64,000 nucleotides of DNA from Terriglobia bacterium (lineage in GTDB: Bacteria > Acidobacteriota > Polarisedimenticolia > Polarisedimenticolales > JAIQFR01): the NCBI GenBank assembly GCA_963748015.1, contig CAVVHE010000005.1:64001-128000 (forward strand), read 5' to 3'. Shown here piece by piece: positions 11,965-22,641 of this stretch. Positions within the stretch are counted from its first letter, which is position 1. Each line of letters opens with the position of its first letter. The notes below the pieces were generated by a model. It was not told the origin of the DNA, did no database searches, and saw nothing but the letters and a program-made list of their open reading frames with translations. Position numbers and translations under genes: made by a program.

Positions 11965-12794
11965 GACGCGTGTCGTCGGGCGCCCCACCATTGGAGCAGG
12001 TTGATCACCAGCAGCATGAAGAAAGACACCACCAGCATCGCCACGGCCAGGGCGGTGGCCCCCGGATAATCATACTGCTCGAGTTTGGTCACGATCAGCA
12101 GCGGGGTGATCTCCGTCTTCATGGGCATGTTGCCGGCGATGAAGATCACCGAGCCGTATTCGCCTACCCCGCGGGCGAAGGAGAGGGCGAACCCGGTCAG
12201 GATGGCGGGCAGGAGCACGGGCAGGATCACCCGCCAGAAGGTTTGCCAGCGGTTTGCCCCGAGTGAAGCGGCCACCTGTTCGACTTCGGGTTCGAGGTCT
12301 TCGAGGACCGGTTGCACGGTCCGCACGACAAACGGCAGCCCGATGAAGATCAGGGCGACCATCACGCCGAGCGGAGTGAACGCGATCTGGAGTCCCAGCG
12401 GCGCCAACCAGCGGCCGATCCAGCCCGCCGGGGCATGGATCGCAGTCAAAGCGATGCCCGCCACCGCTGTCGGCAACGCAAACGGCAGGTCCACCAGCGC
12501 GTCCACCAGCCGTTTGCCAGGAAAGGGATAGCGCACCAGCACCCAGGCCACGAGCAACCCGAACATGCTGTTGATGCTTGCGGCGACCAAGGACGCGCCG
12601 AACGTCAGTCGGTAGGAGGCCAGCGCCCGGGGCGAGAGCACAGTCTCCGTAAACTGGCCCCAGCTCACTTGCGTGGTCTTGAGGAACGTTCCGGCCAGCG
12701 GGATGAGGACGATCAGGCTCAGGTAAAGCAGCGTGAAGCCCATCGCCAGCCCAAAGCCGGGAATCACACTCCGCTTTTTCCAAGGTCGCTTCAT
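11961..12794 (-). CDS. cysT: Sulfate ABC transporter permease CysT
   Basis: [41 protein letters not shown]. Confidence 0.95.
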   Translation of the reverse strand: MKRPWKKRSVIPGFGLAMGFTLLYLSLIVLIPLAGTFLKTTQVSWGQFTETVLSPRALASYRLTFGASLVAASINSMFGLLVAWVLVRYPFPGKRLVDALVDLPFALPTAVAGIALTAIHAPAGWIGRWLAPLGLQIAFTPLGVMVALIFIGLPFVVRTVQPVLEDLEPEVEQVAASLGANRWQTFWRVILPVLLPAILTGFALSFARGVGEYGSVIFIAGNMPMKTEITPLLIVTKLEQYDYPGATALAVAMLVVSFFMLLVINLLQWWGARRHAS

Positions 12795-12848
12795 GATTCG
12801 GAGCCGGGCGCTGTGCCAGAAAAATGTCGGGATCCACGCGCCCCCGGA

Positions 12849-12959
12849 TCAGCGTGTGAGGTGAATTGGGTCGAAAAGCCCGCCATCATTGAAATGCCGA
12901 TTCTGCGCCTCATGCCAGCCGCCTTTGCCAGTCGAGTGGAAGCAGTTCGGCGCGCTCAT
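12849..12959 (-). pseudogene. sbp: C-terminal remnant of sulfate-binding protein Sbp/CysP
   Basis: Translates GGWHEAQNRHFNDGGLFDPI*, matching the Sbp C-terminus (GGW..AQ..HF..GG.FD.I), at the usual sbp position upstream of cysT. Confidence 0.7.
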
Positions 12960-13413
12960 GTTCAGCCCATATTCATCAGGAGCCGGACCGCCGTCAAATG
13001 TCATCCACGCGTAGATTGTTCACGAGGTGTCGCGCCTTCTCAGAACCCCCATTCTGGATGGCTGACCGAGAAGCCCCATCCACTCCGCACGGCGGATTCG
13101 CAAACGCCAATACCGCCTGCCCCGCAGCGCTTGGTTGTTTGGGAGTGCCGTAGATTGACGTAGTCCCCAGCGGTTGGATAATGGTCTGGCAGGACATGTC
13201 GACCTCCTCGGTATTTTATCGGGACCACCTCACGCACAGGTGGATATGCTGGTGTCGGTTGCATCGGGACGGGATTGATCGAGATTATCTGCGGTTGGAG
13301 GCTCGGGTTGAAGAGGGGGACCTCCGACAGCAAAAGACAGCGTGCGGCTAAGACCGAATGTCGTGAGGCAGTCAGGTCTGGGCGCACGGGACTAACGAAC
13401 GAGTTGCAAGACT

Positions 13414-13575
13414 ATGGCGTCTCCGAGCACAAGAACGGAAGGCAGTCCGGGCCGCGTGAAAAGGTTTTGGAGCGGCTTCGTGAGTTGCTTCGCGTGGATG
13501 AAAGACCGCGCCCATCACACGGAGAGTTCCACCGAGAAACAGGCGGCTCCGAAGCCTGAGGAAATGAAACACTAA
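13414..13575 (+). CDS. Possible small protein (53 aa)
   Basis: MASPSTRTEGSPGRVKRFWSGFVSCFAWMKDRAHH...EEMKH*; fills an otherwise empty gap. Confidence 0.3.
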   Translation: MASPSTRTEGSPGRVKRFWSGFVSCFAWMKDRAHHTESSTEKQAAPKPEEMKH

Positions 13576-13822
13576 GTCGGTTGCGCAGACTCAGTTTCAG
13601 CGGGTCGGAGGGGAGGGGGGCGTGGCTGGCAGTGTTGAGGCCGGGGGCTGGGTGCGTCCTCTGCGGCGAAAAGTGGTAAGTGAGGAGCACGCGGCGAAGG
13701 GACGTTGTGTGCTCCTCTCCAAACGAGCACCGTCCATCAGGTCGGTCGGGCTGCCAGAAAGCGCACGATTTGACCGGAAAGATTAGCACTTGAAGCCGGT
13801 GGGACGAGGGTTAGCCTTGGTC

Positions 13823-14632
13823 ATGCTGCTGGAATTCACCAAGATGAATGGTGCGGGCAACGACTTCGTGTTGTTCGACAACCGCGAGGGTCGCGTGAAG
13901 CTCATTCCCGAGATCGTGGCCCGGCTTTGCGAACGCCACGCGGGCGTCGGCGCCGATGGAGTTATCGGCCTGATACCCTGCCGTTCCGGACGGGCGGATT
14001 GGGCGTGGGAATTCTTCAACAGTGATGGCAGCGCGGCGGAGATGTGCGGCAATGGAGCCCGGTGTTTCGCCCGTTATGTTCAGCGAGTTGCCGGTGCCCC
14101 GGACCAGTTCAGCTTCGAGACCGCCGCCGGTGTCGTGGTCGCGCGATTGGAAGGCGACCAGGTGACGATTGGTCTGACACCACCACAGAACATGCGCCTC
14201 AACGAGACCCTGCAGCTCAGTTCCGGCCCCTTGGCGGTGCACAGCCTCAACACAGGTGTGCCGCATGCCGTGTTGTTCGTGCCGGATGCCGATCAAGCCA
14301 TGGTCTCCACCATTGGCCAGGAGATCCGGCGGCATGCGCACTTTGCGCCACGCGGGACCAATGTCAATTTCGTGCAGGTCCTGGGACCCGGCTCGATTCG
14401 AGTGCGGACCTACGAGCGCGGGGTTGAGGGGGAGACTCTGGCCTGCGGAACCGGTGTCGCCGCCTCCGCCTTAATCAGTGCCCGGCTTCAGGGCTTTTCG
14501 TCGCCTGTGCGGGTGCGCGTGCAAGGGGGCGGCCATCTGGAAGTCTCGTTCCAGCAGAACGGAACCTACTTCATGGAGGTCCGCCTCAAGGGACCGGCGG
14601 ATTTCGTTTTCGACGGCAGGATCCAGGTTTGA
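13823..14632 (+). CDS. dapF: Diaminopimelate epimerase
   Basis: FTKMNGAGNDF, AEMCGNGARC, NTGVPH, TYERGVEGETLACGTG. Confidence 0.97.
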   Translation: MLLEFTKMNGAGNDFVLFDNREGRVKLIPEIVARLCERHAGVGADGVIGLIPCRSGRADWAWEFFNSDGSAAEMCGNGARCFARYVQRVAGAPDQFSFETAAGVVVARLEGDQVTIGLTPPQNMRLNETLQLSSGPLAVHSLNTGVPHAVLFVPDADQAMVSTIGQEIRRHAHFAPRGTNVNFVQVLGPGSIRVRTYERGVEGETLACGTGVAASALISARLQGFSSPVRVRVQGGGHLEVSFQQNGTYFMEVRLKGPADFVFDGRIQV

Positions 14633-14738
14633 ACCGACATTTCCTGCATAGTCGATGTGGGGGAACGGCCATCCACTCGAAGCTTGCAGGTGGAACGGTT
14701 TCTGGAATCCTGCCCGCCCTGACCAGGAGTCAAAAGTC

Positions 14739-15617
14739 ATGTTTATCGGAACTTACACTGCGATTGTGACACCGTTTCGAAACGGTGAGGTGGACGAAGC
14801 CGCGCTGGGGCGCCTCATTCGGGGACAGATCCAAGGCGGGGTGGATGGCATCGTGCCGGTGGGAACCACCGGGGAATCACCCACGCTTGATTACGAGGAG
14901 CACATCCGCGTGATTGCGTTGAGTGTGAAGATGGCCGCCGGCCGGATCAAGGTTCTGGCCGGGACCGGGGCCAACTCGACCGAGGAAGCCATCTACCTGA
15001 CCCACGAAGCGGAACGTGTAGGGGCCAATGGCTCGCTTCAGGTGGCTCCCTATTACAACAAGCCATCGCAGGAGGGGCTGTTCCAACATTACAAAGCCAT
15101 CGCGCGCCGGACTCGATTGCCTATCGTGCTCTACAGCATTCCGGGGCGTTGTGGAATCGAGATCGGGGTCGACACTGTGGCCCGTCTGGCCAAGACATGC
15201 CGCAATATCATCGGAATCAAGGAGGCTGGCGGCAACGCGGATCGGGTGAGCCAGTTGCGTCAGTCTTTGGGCCCAAAGTTCCTGATCCTGAGCGGGGACG
15301 ACTCCCTCACCTTGCCGTTCATGTCTGTCGGCGCACAGGGTGTCATCAGCGTAGCCTCCAACGTCATCCCCCGCCCGGTGACCCGGATGGTAGCGGCCTT
15401 CGCTGCGGGCCGTGCGGGGGAGGCGCGGCGGTTGCATGCACAATACTACCCCCTTTTCAAGGATTTGTTCATCGAAACCAATCCGGCTCCGGTCAAAGCC
15501 GCCCTGGCAATGCTGGACTGCATCGAAAACGAACTCCGGCTGCCGCTGGTGCCAATCAGCCAGGCCAGTGCACAACGGCTGCGCGCCACGCTCAAAGCTT
15601 GTGGTGTGCTGAAGTGA
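14739..15617 (+). CDS. dapA: 4-hydroxy-tetrahydrodipicolinate synthase
   Basis: GTTGESPTL, PYYNKPSQEG, GIKEAGG, LSGDD, FIETNPAPVK. Confidence 0.97.
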   Translation: MFIGTYTAIVTPFRNGEVDEAALGRLIRGQIQGGVDGIVPVGTTGESPTLDYEEHIRVIALSVKMAAGRIKVLAGTGANSTEEAIYLTHEAERVGANGSLQVAPYYNKPSQEGLFQHYKAIARRTRLPIVLYSIPGRCGIEIGVDTVARLAKTCRNIIGIKEAGGNADRVSQLRQSLGPKFLILSGDDSLTLPFMSVGAQGVISVASNVIPRPVTRMVAAFAAGRAGEARRLHAQYYPLFKDLFIETNPAPVKAALAMLDCIENELRLPLVPISQASAQRLRATLKACGVLK

Positions 15618-15623
15618 AAACGG

Positions 15624-16367
15624 ATGTCATCGATGACACGCATCATCATCACGGGATCCAGGGGGCGCATGGGCCAGGCGTTGTCGAGTTGTGCCGCGCG
15701 GCTTGCAGGCATCGAGGTGGTCGGGGGGGTGGACCAGGGTGACGACCTCGCCTCGATCGTCGATCGATGCGACGGGGTGATCGATTTCAGTTTCCATACC
15801 GTCACAGTCGAAGTCGCTGAACTCTGCGCCCGTTATGGAAAGTTCCTGGTCATCGGCACAACAGGACACACGGCAACAGAGCGGGCGCAAATTGACAGCC
15901 TTGCATCGCTTGTCCCGATTGTCATGGCGTCCAACTATTCCACCGGAGTCAACACCCTGTTCTGGCTGACCCGCAAGGCGGCGGAGATTCTCGGCCCGTC
16001 GTTCGATTTGGAAGTGGTGGAGATGCATCACCGCTTGAAGCAGGATGCGCCCAGTGGAACCGCTCGCACGTTGGGCGAAATCCTGGCGGCCGTTCGGCAG
16101 CAGCAGTTTGACCAGGTCGTCCGCCACGGCCGTTCCGGCATCGTGGGGCCGCGCACCACCACTGAAATTGGAATGCATTCGCTTCGGGGGGGCGATGTGG
16201 TGGGGGACCACACGGTGGTGTTTGCCACCCAAGGCGAGCGGGTGGAACTGACGCACAAGGCCTCCAGTCGCGACACCTTTGCCACCGGCGCCCTGCGGGC
16301 CGCGGTCTGGGTGCACTCGCAGCAGCCCGGGCTCTATAGTATGCAGGACGTGTTGGGCCTGAAGTGA
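15624..16367 (+). CDS. dapB: 4-hydroxy-tetrahydrodipicolinate reductase
   Basis: GSRGRMG, GTTG, EMHHRLKQDAPSGTA, RGGDVVGDH. Confidence 0.97.
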   Translation: MSSMTRIIITGSRGRMGQALSSCAARLAGIEVVGGVDQGDDLASIVDRCDGVIDFSFHTVTVEVAELCARYGKFLVIGTTGHTATERAQIDSLASLVPIVMASNYSTGVNTLFWLTRKAAEILGPSFDLEVVEMHHRLKQDAPSGTARTLGEILAAVRQQQFDQVVRHGRSGIVGPRTTTEIGMHSLRGGDVVGDHTVVFATQGERVELTHKASSRDTFATGALRAAVWVHSQQPGLYSMQDVLGLK

Positions 16368-16921
16368 GTGGGAAACACGTAACGGGGAGCACGGAGGGCG
16401 CCTTGCGGTCATATCCTTTGGCCGTGATTGCCCTGGGATCGAACCTCGGCGATTCCGCGCAGGTCATACGGTTCGTCATGGACCGGCTTCAGGAATACTC
16501 CAGCACTCCGATCCTGCGGTCCTCGCTCTGGCGCAGCGTTCCGGTCGATTGTCCTCCCGGTTCGCCTGATTTTGTCAATGCGGTTGTTGGCATGATTCCT
16601 CTCCCGGAGGAGACGCCCGAGACGCTGTTGGACAAGTTGCAGGCGCTGGAACGCGAGTTTGGGCGTCGGCCCAAGCAGGTGATGAACGAGGCGCGTCCTT
16701 TGGACCTGGACCTGATCGTCTTCGGTCAGGAAGTGCGCAGCTCGCATGAATTGACCCTGCCACATCCGCGAGCGCACCTGCGCCGGTTTGTGCTCGATCC
16801 TTTGGCGGAGATCGCACCCGACCTTAGACTGCCGCACCAAACAGCGACCGTGTCGCAACTGCTGGCCCAGCTCGTGCCAGGAGTTCATCAGGTCCCGGAC
16901 CCCCCTCTCCATCTTTTCTAA
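16364..16921 (+). CDS. folK: 2-amino-4-hydroxy-6-hydroxymethyldihydropteridine diphosphokinase
   Basis: IALGSNLGD, FVNAV, ARPLDLDL, LTLPHPRAHLRRFVL. Confidence 0.94.
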   Translation: MSGKHVTGSTEGALRSYPLAVIALGSNLGDSAQVIRFVMDRLQEYSSTPILRSSLWRSVPVDCPPGSPDFVNAVVGMIPLPEETPETLLDKLQALEREFGRRPKQVMNEARPLDLDLIVFGQEVRSSHELTLPHPRAHLRRFVLDPLAEIAPDLRLPHQTATVSQLLAQLVPGVHQVPDPPLHLF

Positions 16922-17086
16922 ACTCCTGATCAAAAGCTGCTTGGCAACCTTTTGTCCCAGGTGGAACAAAAGGTTGCACAGCCGGATTTCGGGTCAGTTG
17001 CATCCTAGACGGTTGCTGCGGTGGCCTGTAGGCTCTGCATCCAAGTTTCCGAACCGATCCACCGGTTCAGTCTGAATCGTTCATCT

Positions 17087-17656
17087 ATGAAACTCCCAAC
17101 GGTCATTCTGGCCTCCGTTTCGCCTCGACGAGTGGAGTTGCTCCGACAGCTCGACGTCGAGTTCCTGGTAGTTCCCAGCCAGGTGGTGGAGTTGCATCAC
17201 GAGGAGTTGAGTGCCGGCGAGATCTCCCAACTCAACGCCTATCGCAAGGCGCGGCAGGTAGCCAAACAACACCCGGACTGCTTGGTTATTGGTGCCGACA
17301 CGCTGGTGTCCCTGGGTACGCGCCTGTATGGCAAGCCAGCCAACCGGCCGCAAGCGGCGCAAATGCTGCAGGAGTTGTCCGGGCGCACCCACAGTGTGAC
17401 GACCGGAGTCTGCCTGCTGCATTTGCGTGGACATCGCCAGCGGTTGTTCCTCGAAACCTCCTTTGTCACATTGCATACGCTTTCCCCAGCCCGGATTGCG
17501 ACTTATCTGGATCGTGTGAACCCGCTCGACAAAGCGGGCGCCTATGCCATTCAGGAAAGCGGAGAGTTGATTGTGGAAAACGTCCTGGGCTCCTTCACCA
17601 ATGTGGTGGGGCTTCCACTGGCCCGACTGCGCGAGGAACTGTCGATGTGGGGCTGA
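17087..17656 (+). CDS. maf: Maf family nucleotide pyrophosphatase
   Basis: ILASVSPRRVELL, IGADT, GKP, DKAGAYAIQ, NVVGLPL. Confidence 0.93.
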   Translation: MKLPTVILASVSPRRVELLRQLDVEFLVVPSQVVELHHEELSAGEISQLNAYRKARQVAKQHPDCLVIGADTLVSLGTRLYGKPANRPQAAQMLQELSGRTHSVTTGVCLLHLRGHRQRLFLETSFVTLHTLSPARIATYLDRVNPLDKAGAYAIQESGELIVENVLGSFTNVVGLPLARLREELSMWG

Positions 17657-17832
17657 GGTCGGCGGCTGGGATTCTCAAGAGACATCCCCGGAGAGGGAGG
17701 GCCTTGGTGTGCGCGGCATGGGTGCCAGGACAATCCGTCCTCTCCATCCTGCGCAGCAAGAGCTGCTGCGGGGAAGGCCCGGCGTAAGCGGAATTGCTGC
17801 GGCGGGTGGACGGCGGCCTGCCGCAACGGAAA

Positions 17833-19224
17833 TCACTTTCGAGAACTGGTCTGGACCGCCTGGGAGAGTTCCTGCCACAGATGGGCGCTCATGCATTGGC
17901 CGCGTTCAAAGCATTCCAAGTCAAACTTTTCGTTCGGGGAATGCATGTTGTCGTCCGGCAACCCCAGCCCGAGCAGCAATGTGTCCGCACCCAGGACCCT
18001 GCGGAACTCATTGACGATGGGAATGGACCCTCCCTCGCGCAAAAGGACGGGTTGGCGTCCGAAGGCTTTACGGAGCGACAGAAGTGCGGCTTGGGCAAGG
18101 GGGCCGGAGGGGGAGACCAGGTAGGGTTCGGCGCCGTGGCCCGGCTCCAATTCCAATCGGACGCTGGGCGGACAAATCCTTTTGAGATACCGGCTTACCA
18201 GTTGCACGACGCGTTTGGGATCTTGGTTGGGGACCAGGCGTAAGGTGAGCTTTGCCCTGGCACAAGAAGGGACGATGGTCTTGCTGCCTTCGCCCTGATA
18301 GCCGCTGGTCAAGCCGTTGATTTCGAGCGTGGGGCGGGCTGAGCGTTGTTCGAGAGGACTGAATCCCGCTTCCCCGAACAGGGCCGGTACGCCCAGCATT
18401 CGCTGGTAGGCGGTTGCGTTGAACGGGAGTCTGCGAAACTGGCGTCGTTCCGCCGCGGAGAGGAGTTGGACGTCATCGTAGAAACCTGGGACAGTGATTG
18501 CCCCCCGGTCATCGCGCATCTGGGCAAGCATCCGTGCCAGGGCCATCGCGGGATTTTCCACACTGCCGCCGAACACCCCGGAATGCAGGTCGTGGGAGGG
18601 ACCGTGCACGGTGATTTCCAACGCAGCCAATCCCCGCAGGGCGTAGGTCAGGGCGGGATGCCGCTTGTCTGGCATGCCGGTGTCCGAGACCACGATGGCG
18701 TCGCAGCGCAGTTCAGCCCGGTTCTCGCGAAGGAAGCGGCTCAGGGAAGTGCTGCCCACCTCCTCCTCCCCCTCGATAACAAAGGTGACGTCGCAGGGCA
18801 GTTCCGTTCCCGTCGCGAGGTAGGCTTCGACCGCCCTGAGGTGCGCCAGGTTCTGGCCTTTGTTATCGCTGGCACCGCGAGCAAACAGCTTCCGTCCCGC
18901 GATGCGCGGTTCAAACGGCGGACTGGTCCAGAGTTCGAACGGTTCCGGGGGTTGTACGTCGTAGTGACCGTAGACGAGGAAATGCGGGCGATCCAGCCGG
19001 CATTGGGAGCGGGTGGTGGCGAGGACGATGGGATGGCCCGTCGTGAAATGCAGTTGGGCGCGCAAGCCCATGGTTTGGCAGCGTCGCACCAGCCAGCGGG
19101 CGCAGGCCATCAGATCTTTCCGATGTTGCGGTTGCGCCGAGACGCTGGGGAACCGCACGTATTCACAGAGATCCTCGATCGCACGCCGGCGGTTCCGTTT
19201 CAGATGGTTCAGGACAGCCTTCAT
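17833..19224 (-). CDS. M20 family dipeptidase
   Basis: YGHYDVQP, ARGASDNKGQ, EGEEEVGS, DLHSG, GGSIP, MHSPNEKF. Confidence 0.93.
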   Translation of the reverse strand: MKAVLNHLKRNRRRAIEDLCEYVRFPSVSAQPQHRKDLMACARWLVRRCQTMGLRAQLHFTTGHPIVLATTRSQCRLDRPHFLVYGHYDVQPPEPFELWTSPPFEPRIAGRKLFARGASDNKGQNLAHLRAVEAYLATGTELPCDVTFVIEGEEEVGSTSLSRFLRENRAELRCDAIVVSDTGMPDKRHPALTYALRGLAALEITVHGPSHDLHSGVFGGSVENPAMALARMLAQMRDDRGAITVPGFYDDVQLLSAAERRQFRRLPFNATAYQRMLGVPALFGEAGFSPLEQRSARPTLEINGLTSGYQGEGSKTIVPSCARAKLTLRLVPNQDPKRVVQLVSRYLKRICPPSVRLELEPGHGAEPYLVSPSGPLAQAALLSLRKAFGRQPVLLREGGSIPIVNEFRRVLGADTLLLGLGLPDDNMHSPNEKFDLECFERGQCMSAHLWQELSQAVQTSSRK

Positions 19225-19383
19225 GCGGGACCCGTTTAGCACGAAGCATCGGCAAAACAAAACGGAAACTGTTGCGTGATCTCCTCTGGTGTGGCATCTG
19301 CTCGAACTCGTCCATCGACAGGTATAAGCCCAGGGATTGTCCGGTTGGGGGACAGCTTTGTCCTGTCTCTTACAGATGCCACC

Positions 19384-19710
19384 ATGGATTACGACGAGCG
19401 ATCAGTCCGCATCTTCCTGAGGGGATATCCGGGACAATTCGTGTCCCCGCGCGTGGTCAGTCGGCGCCTGGGGGGCAAACGGCGCTATCACGAGGATCCT
19501 CTGTGGGTCATGCCCATCCTCAACGCATTGGTGGACAAGGGGGTCGTCGAAACGGATGCGCAGGGGCATTTCCGGCTCAAGAAAGTGGATCCGTCGGATC
19601 CGCTGAAGCGCACGTGGATGTCTCCCCAGGTCAAGCGCATCCTTGAGCGAAGCTCGCGCGACTTCACCAAGGTCATCACGATTGACGAGGACACGGAAGA
19701 GCTTGATTAG
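19384..19710 (+). CDS. Small hypothetical protein, winged-helix-like
   Basis: ORF MDYDERSVRIFLRGYPGQFVS...; helix-turn-wing pattern (LNALVDKGVVETDAQGHFRL). Confidence 0.6.
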   Translation: MDYDERSVRIFLRGYPGQFVSPRVVSRRLGGKRRYHEDPLWVMPILNALVDKGVVETDAQGHFRLKKVDPSDPLKRTWMSPQVKRILERSSRDFTKVITIDEDTEELD

Positions 19711-19719
19711 GTTGGCCCA

Positions 19720-20106
19720 CTATTGCTTCCAGTCCAAACCGCCCTTCTTCAATTCGTAAGCGAATCCGACGAAGATCAGGGCGAGGAAGGGGATCATCCC
19801 CCCGAGGATCAGGGCGGCATTGTCCCGGATCATTTCCTTGTAAACCACCGCCCACGGATAGAGGAAGACCACCTCGATGTCGAACAGGATGAACAGCATC
19901 GCCACAAGGTAGAATTTGACCGACATGCGTGGGCTTCCACTGCCCTCGGGCAGCATGCCGCACTCGTAGGCGGTGTCCTTGATTTTCGTGCGGCGCGCAG
20001 CGCGGCCAAGTGCCACGGAGCCAAACAGCATGAACGCCGTAAACCCGACCGCCAGGATGCCGAGCATCAGAACCGGAAGATATTGTTGGAGTTGTCCGCT
20101 CTCCAC
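19720..20106 (-). CDS. nuoA: NADH-quinone oxidoreductase subunit A
   Basis: YECGM, VKFYLVAMLFILFDIEVVFLYPWAV, YELKKGGLDW. Confidence 0.95.
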   Translation of the reverse strand: MESGQLQQYLPVLMLGILAVGFTAFMLFGSVALGRAARRTKIKDTAYECGMLPEGSGSPRMSVKFYLVAMLFILFDIEVVFLYPWAVVYKEMIRDNAALILGGMIPFLALIFVGFAYELKKGGLDWKQ

Positions 20107-20199
20107 GGCGCGTAGTCTACGGGAGCAAACCTGTTGCGCAAGCGGTTTGTCCTTTGCGGTAAGATCGAGGGAAGATGGCTAGTAGTTTGCCCAGTTCAT

Positions 20200-22043
20200 T
20201 CATGGTGTAGAGGTGATCGCCAGCCGCTCGAAGCTTTCCTCGATGAAGGTGGTGTTCTGGATGCGGGCGAGCTTTGCGTAGAGCCCGTCCCTGCCCAGCA
20301 GTTCGTCGTGCGTGCCGCGCTCGACGATTTCCCCGTGCAGCAGCACCAGGATCTGATCGGCCTTGACGATCGTGCTGAGCCGATGGGCAATCACGAAGCT
20401 GGTGCGGCCCGGTCATCAACCGTTCCAAGGCCTCCTGGATCAGCCGTTCGGTGGCGGTGTCCACGCTGGCCGTGGCCTCGTCGAGGATCAGGATGGGCGC
20501 GTTCTTGAGCAGTGCGCGGGCGATGCTGACGCGCTGCTTTTCGCCGACGCTCAGTTTGATGCCGCGTTCGCCCACGTGGCGAGTCGTAGCCTTGCGGGAG
20601 GTTGGTGATGAAGTCATGGCAGTTGGCGGCCCGGGCGGCGGCGTACAAGCTCGTCCTCGGTGGCGTCGAGGCGGCCGTAGAGGATGTTCTCCCGGATCGA
20701 TGCCGTTGAAGAGAAAGGCTTCCTGGCTCACCACGCTGATCTGCGCACGCAGGGAGTCCAGCGCGATGCCCGCGATGTCCTGACCGTCGATTCAGATACC
20801 GGCCGGCGGTCGGCTCGTAGAAGGCCGGGAGCAGGTTGACGAGCGTGGATTTGCCGGCGCCCGTGGGGCCGACCAACGCGATCATCTCGGCCTGGTTCCA
20901 CGCAGAGCGAGATGTTGCTCAGCACGGTTCGGTTGTCCTCGCCATAGCTGAAGCGACCTTTCGTACTCGACCTCGCCGCGGACCGGTGTGGCCAGACAGC
21001 CCCGGCGGTCGCTGCGTTCCTCGGCCGAGTCGAGGATGTCGAACACGCGGGCCGCCGCGGCGCGGGCCGATTGCAGCATCTGGTTCAGGCCGTGCAACCG
21101 GCCGATGGGGTCGTAGAAGAACATGCCGGCGTAAAGCATGAACGCGACGAGTTCGCCCACCTCCATCCGCCCGTCCAGCACCTGCATGCCGCCGAACCAC
21201 AGGACCAGCCCGATGCCCAGCGCGCCGACGAATTGCATCGCCGGCCCGTAGGCCGCCCAGGCGCGCATCACCACCAGCGTGCCTTCGCGCAGGTCATCCG
21301 CGCGTTTCGCAAAGCGCGCGTCCTCGTGGTCCTGGCGTCCGAAGGCCTTGATCTGGCGGATGCCCTGAAGGTTGTCCATGAGCAGCGCGTTCATGGCGCT
21401 CGAGGCTTCGCGTTGTCGGCGGTAGCGCTTGTGGGCCGTGGTGGTGTACCAGAGCGCCCCGCCAATCAGCGAGCGGCAGCGGAATGAGCGACACCGCGCG
21501 CCAGCGTGGGACTGTAGATGAACATGAACACCAGCGCGCCGACGATGCTCAGCAGCGCCACCGTCCCCTGTTCCACGCCGTCAATCAGCAGCCGTTCGAC
21601 GTTGTTCACGTCCTCGATGACGCGTGTCATCAGGTCGCCCGACGCGCGCTGGTCGAACCAGGGCACGGGCAGGCGCTGAAGCCGCGCATACACGTCGCGG
21701 CGCATGTCGAAGATGACGTTTTGTTCGAGCGTGTTGTTGATGCGGATGCGGAGCTGAATTGAACAGTTCGCGCAAGAGGAAGGCCCCAGCAAGCCGAGCG
21801 CCGCCGGCACCAGCAGTTCCCGCTGCCGAGCGCGCGATGACATCGTCGATGATAACCCGGGTGAGCTTGGGATACAGGAGGCCGAAGCCCAGTGACATGA
21901 CCGCGCAGGCGACGGTGCCCACCGCCATCCAGCAGGTAGGGCCGCAGGTAAACGCCCACGCGCCGCACCACCTCGCCGGTGGGGCGGGGCTGCGACTTGA
22001 AAGTCGGGTCGGTGTGCGCGCCGAAGCCGGGATGCAAAGACAT
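20200..22043 (-). CDS. ABC transporter, fused permease/ATPase (MsbA-like); multiple frameshifts
   Basis: Pieces: [63 protein letters not shown]. Confidence 0.85.
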
Positions 22044-22056
22044 GGGAGCGGCGGAA

Positions 22057-22599
22057 CTAGCGCAGGCGTGCGCCCGTGGGGTTGGAGTCGGCACTGCATA
22101 AGAAATCGGCCATGGCGCAGGCGAATGGCGCCAGGTCGCGTGGGGTGCGGCTGGAAATCAGGTTGCCGTCCACTACCACGGATTCGTCCACCCAGATGGC
22201 CCCGGCGTTTTCGAGGTCATCCTTGATGCCAAGCGATCCAGTGGCCCGGCGTCCCTGCAGGATGCGCGCGGAAATCGGGATCCAGCCGCCATGACAAATG
22301 AAGGCGACCAGCTTGAGTTGGTCCATGAACTCGCGGGTCAGCTCAAGCACCTTCGGATCCCGACGCAACTTGTCTGGCATGAATCCGCCAGGGATGAGCA
22401 AACCCACGTAGTCACGGCTGTCCACGTCGGCGATGCGCACATCACTCCTGGCCGGGTAGCCGTGTTTTCCGGAATAGGTCCGGATCTCGGGTCCGGCCAG
22501 GGTGGTGCGAAAGCCCGCCTCCTCGATCCGCAGTTTGGGATACCACAGTTCGAGGTCCTCGTAGATGTCGTCGACAAACGCCAGGAGCGTCGGTTCCAT
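22057..22599 (-). CDS. PfpI/DJ-1 family type 1 glutamine amidotransferase-like protein
   Basis: YEDLELWYP, IPGGFMPDKLR, AFICHGGW, ISSRTPRDL. Confidence 0.92.
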   Translation of the reverse strand: MEPTLLAFVDDIYEDLELWYPKLRIEEAGFRTTLAGPEIRTYSGKHGYPARSDVRIADVDSRDYVGLLIPGGFMPDKLRRDPKVLELTREFMDQLKLVAFICHGGWIPISARILQGRRATGSLGIKDDLENAGAIWVDESVVVDGNLISSRTPRDLAPFACAMADFLCSADSNPTGARLR

Positions 22600-22641
22600 G
22601 GGCTGAGTCTCCCACAAAACCGTGCCGGGACAAGCTGTCTG

